This document shows positions 54,809 through 64,000 of a stretch of DNA of 64,000 nt, piece by piece. How positions within the stretch are numbered: the first letter of the stretch is position 1; each line of letters starts with the position of its first letter. Position numbers and translations under genes: made by a program. Under the pieces are notes generated by a model. It worked only from the letters and a program-made list of their open reading frames with translations, was not told the DNA's origin and searched no databases. Source of the DNA: a bacterium (GTDB lineage: Bacteria > Electryoneota > Electryoneia > Electryoneales > Electryoneaceae); NCBI GenBank assembly GCA_963669175.1, contig OY769902.1, forward strand, positions 3,744,001 through 3,808,000. The letters run 5' to 3'.

Positions 54809-57232
54809 ATGCTGAAAAACTTCTTCGTTGTAGCGTGGCGTCAGTTCTATCGTAACCTGTTCTATTCCAGCATCAACCTGCTGGGTTTCGCGATTGGCCT
54901 GGCTGTCTGTCTCATCATCTCGTTTTACGTGTATGATGAACTCAGCTTTGACCATCATTTCCAAGATAAACACCAGATTTACCGTCTACTCACGGTGGAT
55001 AATACCGCTTCCGCCAGTGGGAGAGTCTATGCCATTACCTCCGGGCTACTCTCTGAAGCTGCGGTAAATGAAATCCCGGAAGTTCTTTACGCTACCCGAC
55101 TCGGCGGCGGCGGTCAATTCCCGCTTCGACTGGCTGATATCGATTCCACAGCCGACCCGGAAGCGGTGGTACAATTACGGATTCTTACAGCCGACTCCTT
55201 CTTCTTTGATGTTTTTACCATGAATTGGATCTATGGAGATCCGACCACGGCTCTCCGTCGTCCGGGTAGTTATATCATCACCGAATCCAAATCACGTGAG
55301 ATATTCGGCGATATCAACCCGGTTGGAAAACCTGCCGTCACTCCGGGTAATCCGGACGGTCACATTGCGGGTGTGATTAAGGATCAGCCGGTAAACTCGC
55401 ATCTCCAGTTCGATGTCATCACACCATTGATCATCAATGAACAATTGGAAGTCTGGTGGCGTTCCTGGGATAACATCGCAGGATCAGCTTATTTCAAGCT
55501 GGTTGAAGGCGCTGATCCAAGGGAAGTTGAAGAGAAGCTCGAAAAAATCGGACACAGCAACGGCTTTGCGAAGGTGTTCATGCCACGCCTGCAAGCCCTC
55601 CTCGACATTCATCTTGGCTCGGCTGACTTCAAGTATGACTTTACCAATTTCAGCAAGAATGATCGTGTACGGATCTATGCGTTGGCGCTGGTTGCCATCC
55701 TGGTGCTGCTGATTGCCACGGTGAACTTTATCAACCTGTCAACAGCACGCGCCGCCAAGCGTGCGCGTGAAGTAGGTATGCGTAAAGTTGTCGGCGCGGA
55801 TCGTGTGCAGGTTGCGTGGCAGTTCCTTGGCGAATCGATCCTTATCACCCTGGTCGCCATGTTTATTGCCATGATCGCCGCAGAAATCGCACTGCCTGCA
55901 CTGAGTCCGCATGTGGGCAAGAATCTTTCTGTCGGTTTCCTGCATCGTCCCCTGCTATCCCTGGCCCTGTTTGGTGGTGCGGCTCTGGTCGGGCTTTTAT
56001 CAGGCGCTTATCCCGCACTTGTGCTTTCGGGTTTCCGCCCAATTGTAGTCCTGAAAGGCGATTTCAGGTTTGGCAGGCAAGGCGTTCTCCTTCGTCAATT
56101 CCTTGTTGTAGGTCAGTTTGCGATCACCATCGGTCTGATCCTGGTCGTGTTGTCTGTAATGGCGCAAATCCGTTATCTGCGTAATGTTGATATGGGCTAT
56201 ACCCGTGCGCAAGTATATGCTATCCCGACGTTTAACCAGGTAGTCGGTCCACATCGTGATGCCTTTGCGGACAAGCTTCTGACCTTGCCGGGTGTTGAAT
56301 CGCTGGGTAGTTCCTTCCAGTTACCGACATTTGGCGGTGATATGCTCCGCATTGAGTGCGTTCCTGAAGGGATGGACCGTGAAACCCAGGCGATCATGTT
56401 CAAGCAGGCGGTGATTGATCAGGACTTCTTCCCCACTTTACAGGGCGAAATCAGTGCTGGACGAAATTTCAGCAATGATTTTTCAGCCGATACAACAGAC
56501 GGCATCCTGATCAACGAGACCGCGGCGCGCACGATGGGTTGGGATGATCCGATAGGAAAACGACTGGACCTGATCCAGGTGGATACCAGTGTTGATCCAA
56601 AACGTGTTATCGGCGTTTTCAAGGACATCCATTTCGGCAACGCCCGTCAGGCAGAAGAACCGATGCTCATGCTTTACAACACTGAGCGCTGCGGTTGGCT
56701 GGTTGTTCGCATTCGTGGCGGAATGATTCCGGAAACAGTGCAACAGATCGAAGAATCCTTCCATGAGATGTTCCCGGATCTTGAGCAATTCAACGGTAAC
56801 TTCCTGGATGATTACTTCAATTTCCAGTTCCAGGGCGACCGTCAATTCGCGACCGCGATGTCGGTGTTTACCGGATTGGCAATCCTGATCGCCTGTCTTG
56901 GTTTGTTCGGACTGGCAGCCTATGCCGTGCAGCAACGCAGACGTGAAATCGCCATACGCAAAACCCTTGGCGCCGGTGAAAGCCGTCTCGTCTCCATGCT
57001 GGCGTTCGACTTTGTCAAATGGGTATTGCTGGCGAACCTGATCGCATGGCCTGTCGGGTATTATGCCGTCCAGAAATGGCTGGAGGCATTTATCTACCGG
57101 ATGCCGTTTTCTCCGTGGCCGTATCTGCTTTCAGGTGTCGGCGCCATGGTCATTGCCATGCTGACAGTATTGATTCAGTCCATACGTGCCAGTCGTACCA
57201 GTCCGGCAATGGTATTGCGCAGGGATTCCTGA
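54809..57232 (+). CDS. MacB/FtsX-family ABC transporter permease
   Basis: Same motifs as, and paralogous to, 25455..27884. Confidence 0.92.
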   Translation: MLKNFFVVAWRQFYRNLFYSSINLLGFAIGLAVCLIISFYVYDELSFDHHFQDKHQIYRLLTVDNTASASGRVYAITSGLLSEAAVNEIPEVLYATRLGGGGQFPLRLADIDSTADPEAVVQLRILTADSFFFDVFTMNWIYGDPTTALRRPGSYIITESKSREIFGDINPVGKPAVTPGNPDGHIAGVIKDQPVNSHLQFDVITPLIINEQLEVWWRSWDNIAGSAYFKLVEGADPREVEEKLEKIGHSNGFAKVFMPRLQALLDIHLGSADFKYDFTNFSKNDRVRIYALALVAILVLLIATVNFINLSTARAAKRAREVGMRKVVGADRVQVAWQFLGESILITLVAMFIAMIAAEIALPALSPHVGKNLSVGFLHRPLLSLALFGGAALVGLLSGAYPALVLSGFRPIVVLKGDFRFGRQGVLLRQFLVVGQFAITIGLILVVLSVMAQIRYLRNVDMGYTRAQVYAIPTFNQVVGPHRDAFADKLLTLPGVESLGSSFQLPTFGGDMLRIECVPEGMDRETQAIMFKQAVIDQDFFPTLQGEISAGRNFSNDFSADTTDGILINETAARTMGWDDPIGKRLDLIQVDTSVDPKRVIGVFKDIHFGNARQAEEPMLMLYNTERCGWLVVRIRGGMIPETVQQIEESFHEMFPDLEQFNGNFLDDYFNFQFQGDRQFATAMSVFTGLAILIACLGLFGLAAYAVQQRRREIAIRKTLGAGESRLVSMLAFDFVKWVLLANLIAWPVGYYAVQKWLEAFIYRMPFSPWPYLLSGVGAMVIAMLTVLIQSIRASRTSPAMVLRRDS

Positions 57233-57250
57233 CAATATTTTGATTTTCGG

Positions 57251-57285
57251 AAAGGGGACTGACGCAATGCTGTCTGTCCCCTTTT
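57251..57285. repeat. AAAGGGGAC...GTCCCCTTT hairpin (REP-like or terminator)
   Basis: Palindrome; the related GGGGAC(A/T)G motif also occurs at about 54093, 54200 and 63973. Confidence 0.55.
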
Positions 57286-57404
57286 GCATACTTCCCGGCC
57301 AGGCATGGCCGGGCTACAATGTCGAACCAAACGATCTCCTCCAATTTGAATTCTTCCCGATTCTTCAGTACACTCCACTGTTCTACCAACCCAGTGGAGG
57401 AGCC

Positions 57405-59012
57405 ATGCGTTCGTTAATCCTGTCAGGAATCCTGATTCTATCCCTCATATTCGGAATACTGCCCGCCTTTGCTACGCCCGGCGATATATTACAGGCTTTT
57501 CCGCTGCCAACCGAACACGCAACCGGTCTGACCTATGACGGGAAACACTTCTGGGTAGCCGACCGTCTGACCGATTCCTTGTACGCCCTGAATCCGAAAA
57601 ACGGAGCGGTTGTCCGTCAACTTCCGTCGCCGGGGTTTATCCCACGCGGGCTGGCATGGGACGGCAAATACCTGTGGTGTGTGGATCAGAACGAACAACG
57701 CATCCTCCAGCTCGATACGAAAACCGGCGAGACCATTCACAGCGTGGAATCCCCAACATCCTCAATTCAGGGGATTACCTGGGATGACGGTACCCTGTGG
57801 ATCGTAGATGACCGTGCTGATGTCCTCTGCCAGATTTCACCCACTGATGGCACCACAATTGAAGAATTCCGCGCTCCGAACGGCCATTCCACGGGTTTGA
57901 CCATGTGGCGTGACTATCTGCTCTGTGGCGACCGTACCGAAAACCGTATCTACCTGATCGACCCAAAACATGATGGCGAAGTTATTTACAGCCTTCCCGC
58001 ACCGGGAGAATATGTTCGTGGTCTGACAACAATCAAGGAAACGCTCTGGGCGGTTGATTTCCAGACGGACAGCCTTTACGCCATCGAAGTGGAAGGCAAT
58101 GACTGGATACGTACATCGGATCGTCACCCCCTGGAACTCACCCTGATTCACGAGTTTATCAACTATGGTCCCGGTGACGTGACCAGCGCGGATATTCACA
58201 TCGCAGTACCTCGTACCCTGCCATCGCAAAATATCCTGGAAGGGCCGACATTTACCCCTGAACCCGACGAGATCATTGAGGACAACTGGCATCAGAAAGT
58301 CGCTGTTTTCCATCCCTCTTCTACGGACTTGTCGGAACGTACCCGCATACAAATGAGAGTCGCGGTGGAGTTAAGCGCCGTGGAATGGTATGTCCTGCCG
58401 GATAAGGTTGGCACATTGGACGAAATTCCCGGTGACATTGCAGACATGTACCTTGCTGATGGAGATAAATTCAGGATTCACGATCCCCGCATCCAAAACG
58501 CGGTACGTGAAGCGATTGGTGATGAGACCAATCCCTACTGGATGATGCGTGGGATTCACAAGTTTATCCGTGAACGCTTGCATTATGAGCTTTCCGGCGG
58601 TTGGAATGTGGCGCCACGCGTGCTGGAACGTGGCAACGGTTCCTGTAGCGAATACACCTTCGCGTTTATAGCGATGTGTCGTGCGGCGGGAATCCCGGCG
58701 AGGTATGTAGGGGCCGTAAGCAACCGTGGCGATGAAGCCTCCACAGATGATGTCTTCCATCGATGGAGCCAGGTTTATTTCCCCGGTTATGGCTGGATTC
58801 ATGTGGACCCGCAGGGCGGCGACAAGAGTAAGCCCGCGGATATCGCCGGCTTCATCGGCCACATCGCCAACCGGTACCTGATCACCACTGAAGGCGGTGG
58901 CGGTTCGAACCTGCTGGGCTGGAGTTATAACTACAATTCCAACTGGAAGGCCAAAGGTCCGGTGAAAGTGTATACGGAAGTCTTCGGTGAATGGCAACCT
59001 GTGGTTAAATAG
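57405..59012 (+). CDS. secreted beta-propeller plus transglutaminase-like protein
   Basis: GL.WDG..LW repeats; catalytic C (GSCSEY), H (HRW) and D (VDP); GGAGGAG SD. Confidence 0.88.
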   Translation: MRSLILSGILILSLIFGILPAFATPGDILQAFPLPTEHATGLTYDGKHFWVADRLTDSLYALNPKNGAVVRQLPSPGFIPRGLAWDGKYLWCVDQNEQRILQLDTKTGETIHSVESPTSSIQGITWDDGTLWIVDDRADVLCQISPTDGTTIEEFRAPNGHSTGLTMWRDYLLCGDRTENRIYLIDPKHDGEVIYSLPAPGEYVRGLTTIKETLWAVDFQTDSLYAIEVEGNDWIRTSDRHPLELTLIHEFINYGPGDVTSADIHIAVPRTLPSQNILEGPTFTPEPDEIIEDNWHQKVAVFHPSSTDLSERTRIQMRVAVELSAVEWYVLPDKVGTLDEIPGDIADMYLADGDKFRIHDPRIQNAVREAIGDETNPYWMMRGIHKFIRERLHYELSGGWNVAPRVLERGNGSCSEYTFAFIAMCRAAGIPARYVGAVSNRGDEASTDDVFHRWSQVYFPGYGWIHVDPQGGDKSKPADIAGFIGHIANRYLITTEGGGGSNLLGWSYNYNSNWKAKGPVKVYTEVFGEWQPVVK

Positions 59013-59130
59013 TCCTGCTATATGGGAGAATTTACAGGATGAGAAGGATGGAAAGGATGAACAGGATGAACTGCTAAATGCTTAATTCTATTAAAGATTT
59101 TGTATTGCTTTAGATAGAAGTTTCAACACT

Positions 59131-59499
59131 ATTGGCCCCGACGGCTTGAAGCAAGCTGTAGCGAAGCGGAAGCTGCTGCCCGGCGGGGTTTATTTTAAAT
59201 GAATTAAAGGAGTTAGTCCGCTTTCTGTGTTTACTATTAGCAAGCTGGGTTTCTCTACTAATAAGTACAGATCGCCGCAAGAAGACACGTGCTTACCTGC
59301 ATGGCCCGATGCGCGTTATGCACGTTTTCCATTTAATAGACTGCGGGCTAGTTATCCGTTTCTGGGAAGCAGGAAAGACTTCCAAGCGCGTCGGGATTAG
59401 CTCCTTTACTACTGGTGGTATAACTCTCACGTTAGAATAAACCCCGCCGGGCAACGGCCTTCTCTTCGTTCCGGCACGTTTCAAGCCGGCGGGGCCAAT
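59131..59499. repeat. REPIN-like element with about 64-bp inverted arms
   Basis: ATTGGCCCCG.CGGCTTGAA...TGCCCGGCGGGGTTTATT at 59131-59194, inverted at 59436-59499. Confidence 0.8.
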
Positions 59500-59616
59500 T
59501 GATTCCCGACAGCAAGCAGTCGGGCCAAACGTCCGATTTATTTCAGGGGCCAATTGGTGTATTCATCCCTGATAGTATGGTCACAGTAGAAGGCTATACA
59601 GTACCTCTATCATCGA

Positions 59617-62130
59617 TCAGAATTCATACCGCACACCCAGAATCCAGAACTGTTCCATCTGGTGGTTTGTTTCCTTTTCGCCATTTTCCTTGTAGGAATA
59701 GCTGGCGACATTCTTCCAATCCAGCACATTCTGCATTTCCAGGTACAGGATCAGTGCGCTGCTGCCGAAATAATGCTTGTCATCGATACGGATATCCCAG
59801 CGTGAATAATCCGGGAAACGAGAACCGTTGTGTTCGCCGTTTTCCCAGTGCGCCTCGTAGATCGGGTCCGGCGAGTCCTGTCCTTCAGCGTACCATACCA
59901 TATCGGTATAGGGACGTCCGCTCATGTACCGGTAGCGTGTTGAAAAGGTGATCTCATCTCCATTCAACGGCAGCGCCCACAACCACCAGCCCCACGGTTT
60001 GTGCAGGAAGTTTCTGTACCCGGAATGCGTGATAAGCGCGGTCTTGTAGCCCAGCGTGCTGGACAGGACATGACGGTAATCGTAATCGGGTGAATAGGTT
60101 CCGTAAGCCGGGTCTTTCGCCTCCGATTCGCCGTAAGAATAACTCAGGGTGCCGTACCAGTTGGTGAACAGCTTTTGCTGGGCGAAGAACTCCACACCCC
60201 AGGCCTGCTTGGTCTTTTCGGTCAGCCAACGGTCACTTTGGAAACGATCATCCCCGGTCTGCACACGCACCACTTCCTCTTCTTCCACCAGCAGGTCGGT
60301 GTAATCCTTGAGATATCCTTCCAGGGAGAAAAACGAGGATTCACGTGGCTGGTAATTCACGCCAAAGATGTATTGATCCGCACGGCTGTAGGGCAATTCA
60401 CGATTCCATCTCCGTCCCGCTTCGTTCATATACACCGACTCGTCCTGCGACTGGAAATACACGCCATAAGCTGCGCTGACTGTCCAACGTGGCACAACTT
60501 CCCATACGACCGAAGCACGTGGTCCGATAGCGTTTTGATGAGCATAGTCGATGCCGTCATGACGCAGCCCGAGCGTCAACGCCACATGATGCATCGGTTT
60601 CCAGGTGTATTGCAGATAGCTGGCATATTTCAGTGCGTGTTCGGTAAGGTCTTCGCTATGATCATCGTAGTAGAAAGTGTCCGGATCAGTTCCAGCGTCA
60701 ACACCTAAATAATCATCGTTGTAAATGATGCTGTCGCCTTCAGCGAAATAAGTGTATTCATAAGTAACCGGTTTCAGGCTGAAGCCCGCAGCCCAGGTGT
60801 CCTGCCCAAAGGCTTTGCCGTTCCAGCGAAAATGAAACTGGTCGGCGATATCAGTACGTTGATGCTCCAGTTCACGATGGTGGTAAAAACCTCCGGCAGA
60901 TCGATCACGCATTTCATAGTATTCCCAGTGGGTATAGGCCACAGATCGAGCCAGAACGATATCCGTATACCCAGCACCCCACAGGCTGCGTAAACGAGCG
61001 CCATAAAAATGACGTTCTGTATTCAGTCGAAGGCCGTCATTATCCTCTTCATCCTCCATTTTCCGCAGGTCTTCATCGCTGGGGCTGTTCTCTACCACAT
61101 CATCGAGGTAGAGAGCGTTTACGGTCAACTTGTGACGTGGCGAAAGGTCATAGGTCACCTTGGCCTGGGTGCTCCAGTAATCCGGCCATGAACTGACTCC
61201 GGCGGCTTCTTCGGGCAACAGCTCGAGGTAGGCTTTTTTGATCGAAACCAGGAATGATCCCTGTTTCCCCGGCAACGGTCCCTCGGCGTACCCACCCGCG
61301 CCGGACATACCCAAGTCTACTTCTCCACCGAAGCGATCACGGTTGCCTTCTCGCATTTCCAAGTCAAGCACGCTGCTCATCCGGTCGCCATGTTTGGCTG
61401 AGAAACCGCCGGAAGCGAAGGTAACATCCTGTAGAAACTCCGTATTCAAGCCGTTGATCGGGCCACCACTCCCCTGCCCTTCGTTCCCGATGGTCAGGTG
61501 ATTGGTGTTATTCACTTCGATGCCGTCAATGATGGTCAGGTTTTCGTTGGGAGCGCCACCACGCACAATGATCGCGTTGTCATTATCATCCTGGGTTACC
61601 ACGCCCGGCAACCCCTGTAGCGTGCGTTGCACATCCTCCAACGCTCCCGGCGCACGTCGAACTTCTTCATAGCGCATGTTCCGCGAGGAAGTCGGCATAT
61701 CACTGGTAACAACTCGCTGCTTGTGTTTGGTGTAGGTAACTTCATCGCCCTGCAATACTGTGGGCTCGAGCAGGAAATCAACCGTTCGGATACGTCCCGG
61801 TGAAACTGCTACCTCTGTTATGAGATGTTCCCGATACCCCAACGCACCCGCTTTCAGATGGTACGTGCCAGCAGGTAAGAACTGGATAGTGAACAATCCG
61901 TCCAGGTCGGAAGCCGCGCCGCGTCCGGTTCCCACGACAATAATGTTCGCGGAGGGGATCGGTTCACGTGTTACCGCATTCAACACTCTTCCGGTTATTG
62001 TTCCTGTCTTTGCCTGCTCCTGGGCATGGGCGCCCTGCAACAGGGAAAACATCAGGATGAAGCCCCAAAATCGGTTCAGCTTTGTATAGACACGTTGGCT
62101 CGTGTTTTCAATCGTGCTCTGGCGAAACAT
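59617..62130 (-). CDS. TonB-dependent receptor with N-terminal carboxypeptidase-regulatory-like domain
   Basis: VRGG.P.EN...IDG plug, GGFSA.HGDRMSSV, C-terminal GVRYEF. Start placed at MFRQ. Confidence 0.9.
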   Translation of the reverse strand: MFRQSTIENTSQRVYTKLNRFWGFILMFSLLQGAHAQEQAKTGTITGRVLNAVTREPIPSANIIVVGTGRGAASDLDGLFTIQFLPAGTYHLKAGALGYREHLITEVAVSPGRIRTVDFLLEPTVLQGDEVTYTKHKQRVVTSDMPTSSRNMRYEEVRRAPGALEDVQRTLQGLPGVVTQDDNDNAIIVRGGAPNENLTIIDGIEVNNTNHLTIGNEGQGSGGPINGLNTEFLQDVTFASGGFSAKHGDRMSSVLDLEMREGNRDRFGGEVDLGMSGAGGYAEGPLPGKQGSFLVSIKKAYLELLPEEAAGVSSWPDYWSTQAKVTYDLSPRHKLTVNALYLDDVVENSPSDEDLRKMEDEEDNDGLRLNTERHFYGARLRSLWGAGYTDIVLARSVAYTHWEYYEMRDRSAGGFYHHRELEHQRTDIADQFHFRWNGKAFGQDTWAAGFSLKPVTYEYTYFAEGDSIIYNDDYLGVDAGTDPDTFYYDDHSEDLTEHALKYASYLQYTWKPMHHVALTLGLRHDGIDYAHQNAIGPRASVVWEVVPRWTVSAAYGVYFQSQDESVYMNEAGRRWNRELPYSRADQYIFGVNYQPRESSFFSLEGYLKDYTDLLVEEEEVVRVQTGDDRFQSDRWLTEKTKQAWGVEFFAQQKLFTNWYGTLSYSYGESEAKDPAYGTYSPDYDYRHVLSSTLGYKTALITHSGYRNFLHKPWGWWLWALPLNGDEITFSTRYRYMSGRPYTDMVWYAEGQDSPDPIYEAHWENGEHNGSRFPDYSRWDIRIDDKHYFGSSALILYLEMQNVLDWKNVASYSYKENGEKETNHQMEQFWILGVRYEF

Positions 62131-62478
62131 GGTTTTCTCCATCAATGATCTTCCAGAATTGAAAAAAGGTTCTCCGGTTGACTCCGGATGATGGAAGATC
62201 AGCGAAACGAAGATGTAAATCGCCCGGTCCCATCGGTCTGGACCTGTTCTTCGGGAGTCATGGACGTCCAAGAGGAAGGTCCGAATGCTCGGGAAGGTTG
62301 TTAATGAAGAGGTTAGGATATGCGTGAATTTACAGGATGTAAAGGATGTGAAGGATGAAAAGGATAACGGCGATACCTTGAGGAGCTGAATACACAAGAA
62401 TCCGTGGTTGGATAATGAATGACTCAGTCGCTGTTCAAGCTGTTTTGTTTCACGCAAAGGCGCAAAGAAAAGATATGT

Positions 62479-62548
62479 ATTGGCCCCGCCGGCTTGAAGC
62501 ACGCTGTAGCGCAGCGGAAGCGGCTGCCCGGCGGTGGTCTATTCTAAC
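62479..62548. repeat. solo copy of the 59131 repeat arm
   Basis: ATTGGCCCCGCCGGCTTGAAGC...TGCCCGGCGG. Confidence 0.75.
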
Positions 62549-62571
62549 TAGAGAAGAAAGTCCTTCAGTCT

Positions 62572-63780
62572 TCACCCAGCCATCCGTCGCTGATCCCTGT
62601 ACTGCGAGGGTGTCAGCCCGGTGAATTTCTTGAAGAGGGCGTTAAAAGAGGATTTGGAGTTAAAACCGGCATCGAACGCAATCGCCAACACCTTGAGATT
62701 CTGCTTCCCCTGATCGAGAAGATCCTGCTTGACCTGTTCGACACGATACCCATTGATAAAATCGAAGAAATTCAATCCAAGGCGCGTATTGATCACTTCG
62801 GACAGATTATGCGGGGTCACATCCAACTGCGATGCAAGTTGATCCAGCGTTAAAGCCGGATCACGATACGGACATTCCTGCTGCATGATGCGAAGCAAAT
62901 CCGCCTTGATTCCCTCGGCACGTTCCTCACTCAACCCTGATTTTTCATACTTGCGGCTTCTGGCATCCTCGGATTCAGTTTCCACATGGATTGACGGGAC
63001 TGCCGGTCTCGCTTCTTCAATCGCTCTTGCCAGTGAGAACGAGCTGCTTACCTCCGGTTTGCAAAAGACTTCCGATTTGTACAGGGCAAGGTATCCGATT
63101 GCGTAAACACTGCCCGCTGTCAGAAACGAGGTCAAGGCAAAGTTTGGTGAGATATGCAGGTCGAAAAGCAATAACGCATTTTCCGACGCAAAGAAACCCA
63201 GCGTGACTGCAATTGACAGCGTCATGTTCCTCAGCCACGCCATGCGGACTGACGCCGTATTCGAGAACACCCGCTTGATACGTTCCCTGTGACGTTTCAG
63301 CAATCTTAATGACGCAAATACATACACATAGACATACGAAATAATGAGCCAGTTGAAAGGAACAAATCCCTCCACCATGCCGCTGGTCCCTTTGGCACCC
63401 ACAAATCCGGACAGATCGCCGACACCGGTTAGTATGTGTACAAATAGCCCGATTTCGACGAGGACAAAAGGAGTGAGATGGACCAAGTCGCGGGAGGTCA
63501 CACGTTCCGGGAGAAATACCATGGCGCGGACATAGAAATACAGCAGTGGCCCTGTCAGAAAGGTACACCCCAGCAGCAGGATTCCCAGCACCGGGCTATG
63601 TTCATACCAGTTCAAATCCTCGGCAGTCATGTCCACCAGGATCAACGAAAACATCAGGATAAGTGTGGCGATGAAACGGTTGGCATAGAGATCACCGTGC
63701 TTATGGAGGATCAACACCCCCAGAAGTACTCCCTGCCCGGCAGCCACAAGCATGACTATTTGAAGAAAATGTATGGACAT
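62572..63780 (-). CDS. membrane-anchored AraC-family regulator
   Basis: About seven N-terminal TMs; F.DFINGYRV and IA..AGFNSKSSF..LFKK.TG.TPS motifs. Confidence 0.93.
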   Translation of the reverse strand: MSIHFLQIVMLVAAGQGVLLGVLILHKHGDLYANRFIATLILMFSLILVDMTAEDLNWYEHSPVLGILLLGCTFLTGPLLYFYVRAMVFLPERVTSRDLVHLTPFVLVEIGLFVHILTGVGDLSGFVGAKGTSGMVEGFVPFNWLIISYVYVYVFASLRLLKRHRERIKRVFSNTASVRMAWLRNMTLSIAVTLGFFASENALLLFDLHISPNFALTSFLTAGSVYAIGYLALYKSEVFCKPEVSSSFSLARAIEEARPAVPSIHVETESEDARSRKYEKSGLSEERAEGIKADLLRIMQQECPYRDPALTLDQLASQLDVTPHNLSEVINTRLGLNFFDFINGYRVEQVKQDLLDQGKQNLKVLAIAFDAGFNSKSSFNALFKKFTGLTPSQYRDQRRMAG

Positions 63781-64000
63781 GAATAGCGCTTCTATCTTGA
63801 TGAATATCTGGATTCAGTATAGGTGAATTTGGCTATACACTGCAATGGTTTCAGGAATTTCAAGGCGAGAATAAAGGAAAATATAGCGATTCCCATTATT
63901 AGTCCGTCATATGGCCATGTGCTATATCAGTGAAATGTCAACTGAATTGTTGGAATAAAGGATATGGAAAAAGGGGACTGCCTCCTTTCCCTGGGGTAAA

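Noticed and set aside
57186-57404. N-terminal extension of the transglutaminase ORF
   Set aside because: It overlaps the permease end and a hairpin; GGAGGAG and a signal peptide support ATG 57405.
59293-59553. 86-aa ORF
   Set aside because: It reads through a palindromic repeat arm and has no protein-like features.
62131-62502. N-terminal extension of the TonB receptor in the ORF track
   Set aside because: It runs through tandem-repeat DNA (SFSSFTSFTS); the SD and signal peptide lie downstream.

Overview
A mostly housekeeping and secretome window, probably from an anaerobic FCB-superphylum bacterium (inferred from five secreted proteins with a T9SS/FlgD-type C-terminal 'PNPFNP...' domain). 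Recognisable genes: purA, pfk, a cold-shock protein, a cheA/cheW/cheB cluster, a four-subunit 2-oxoacid:ferredoxin oxidoreductase, an MBOAT plus SGNH pair, crcB, kdsC-(omp)-lptC-lptA-lptB-rpoN, a ClpX-like ATPase, two orphan MacB/FtsX permeases, a transglutaminase-like protein, a TonB-dependent receptor and a membrane AraC regulator. The standout is a compact 1,790-bp unit (7535-9324). It is bounded by 19-bp terminal inverted repeats (18/19 identical) and carries only two coupled DUF1670-like genes, with no recognisable transposase. It sits directly after the stop codon of a host gene and appears to separate that gene from its terminator, so it is a candidate for an undescribed mobile element family. 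The intergenic DNA also holds several families of nested palindromic REP/REPIN/MITE-like elements, some with compensatory stem changes. No rRNA, tRNA or CRISPR array was seen. All family calls come from reading motifs by eye; no database searches were run.
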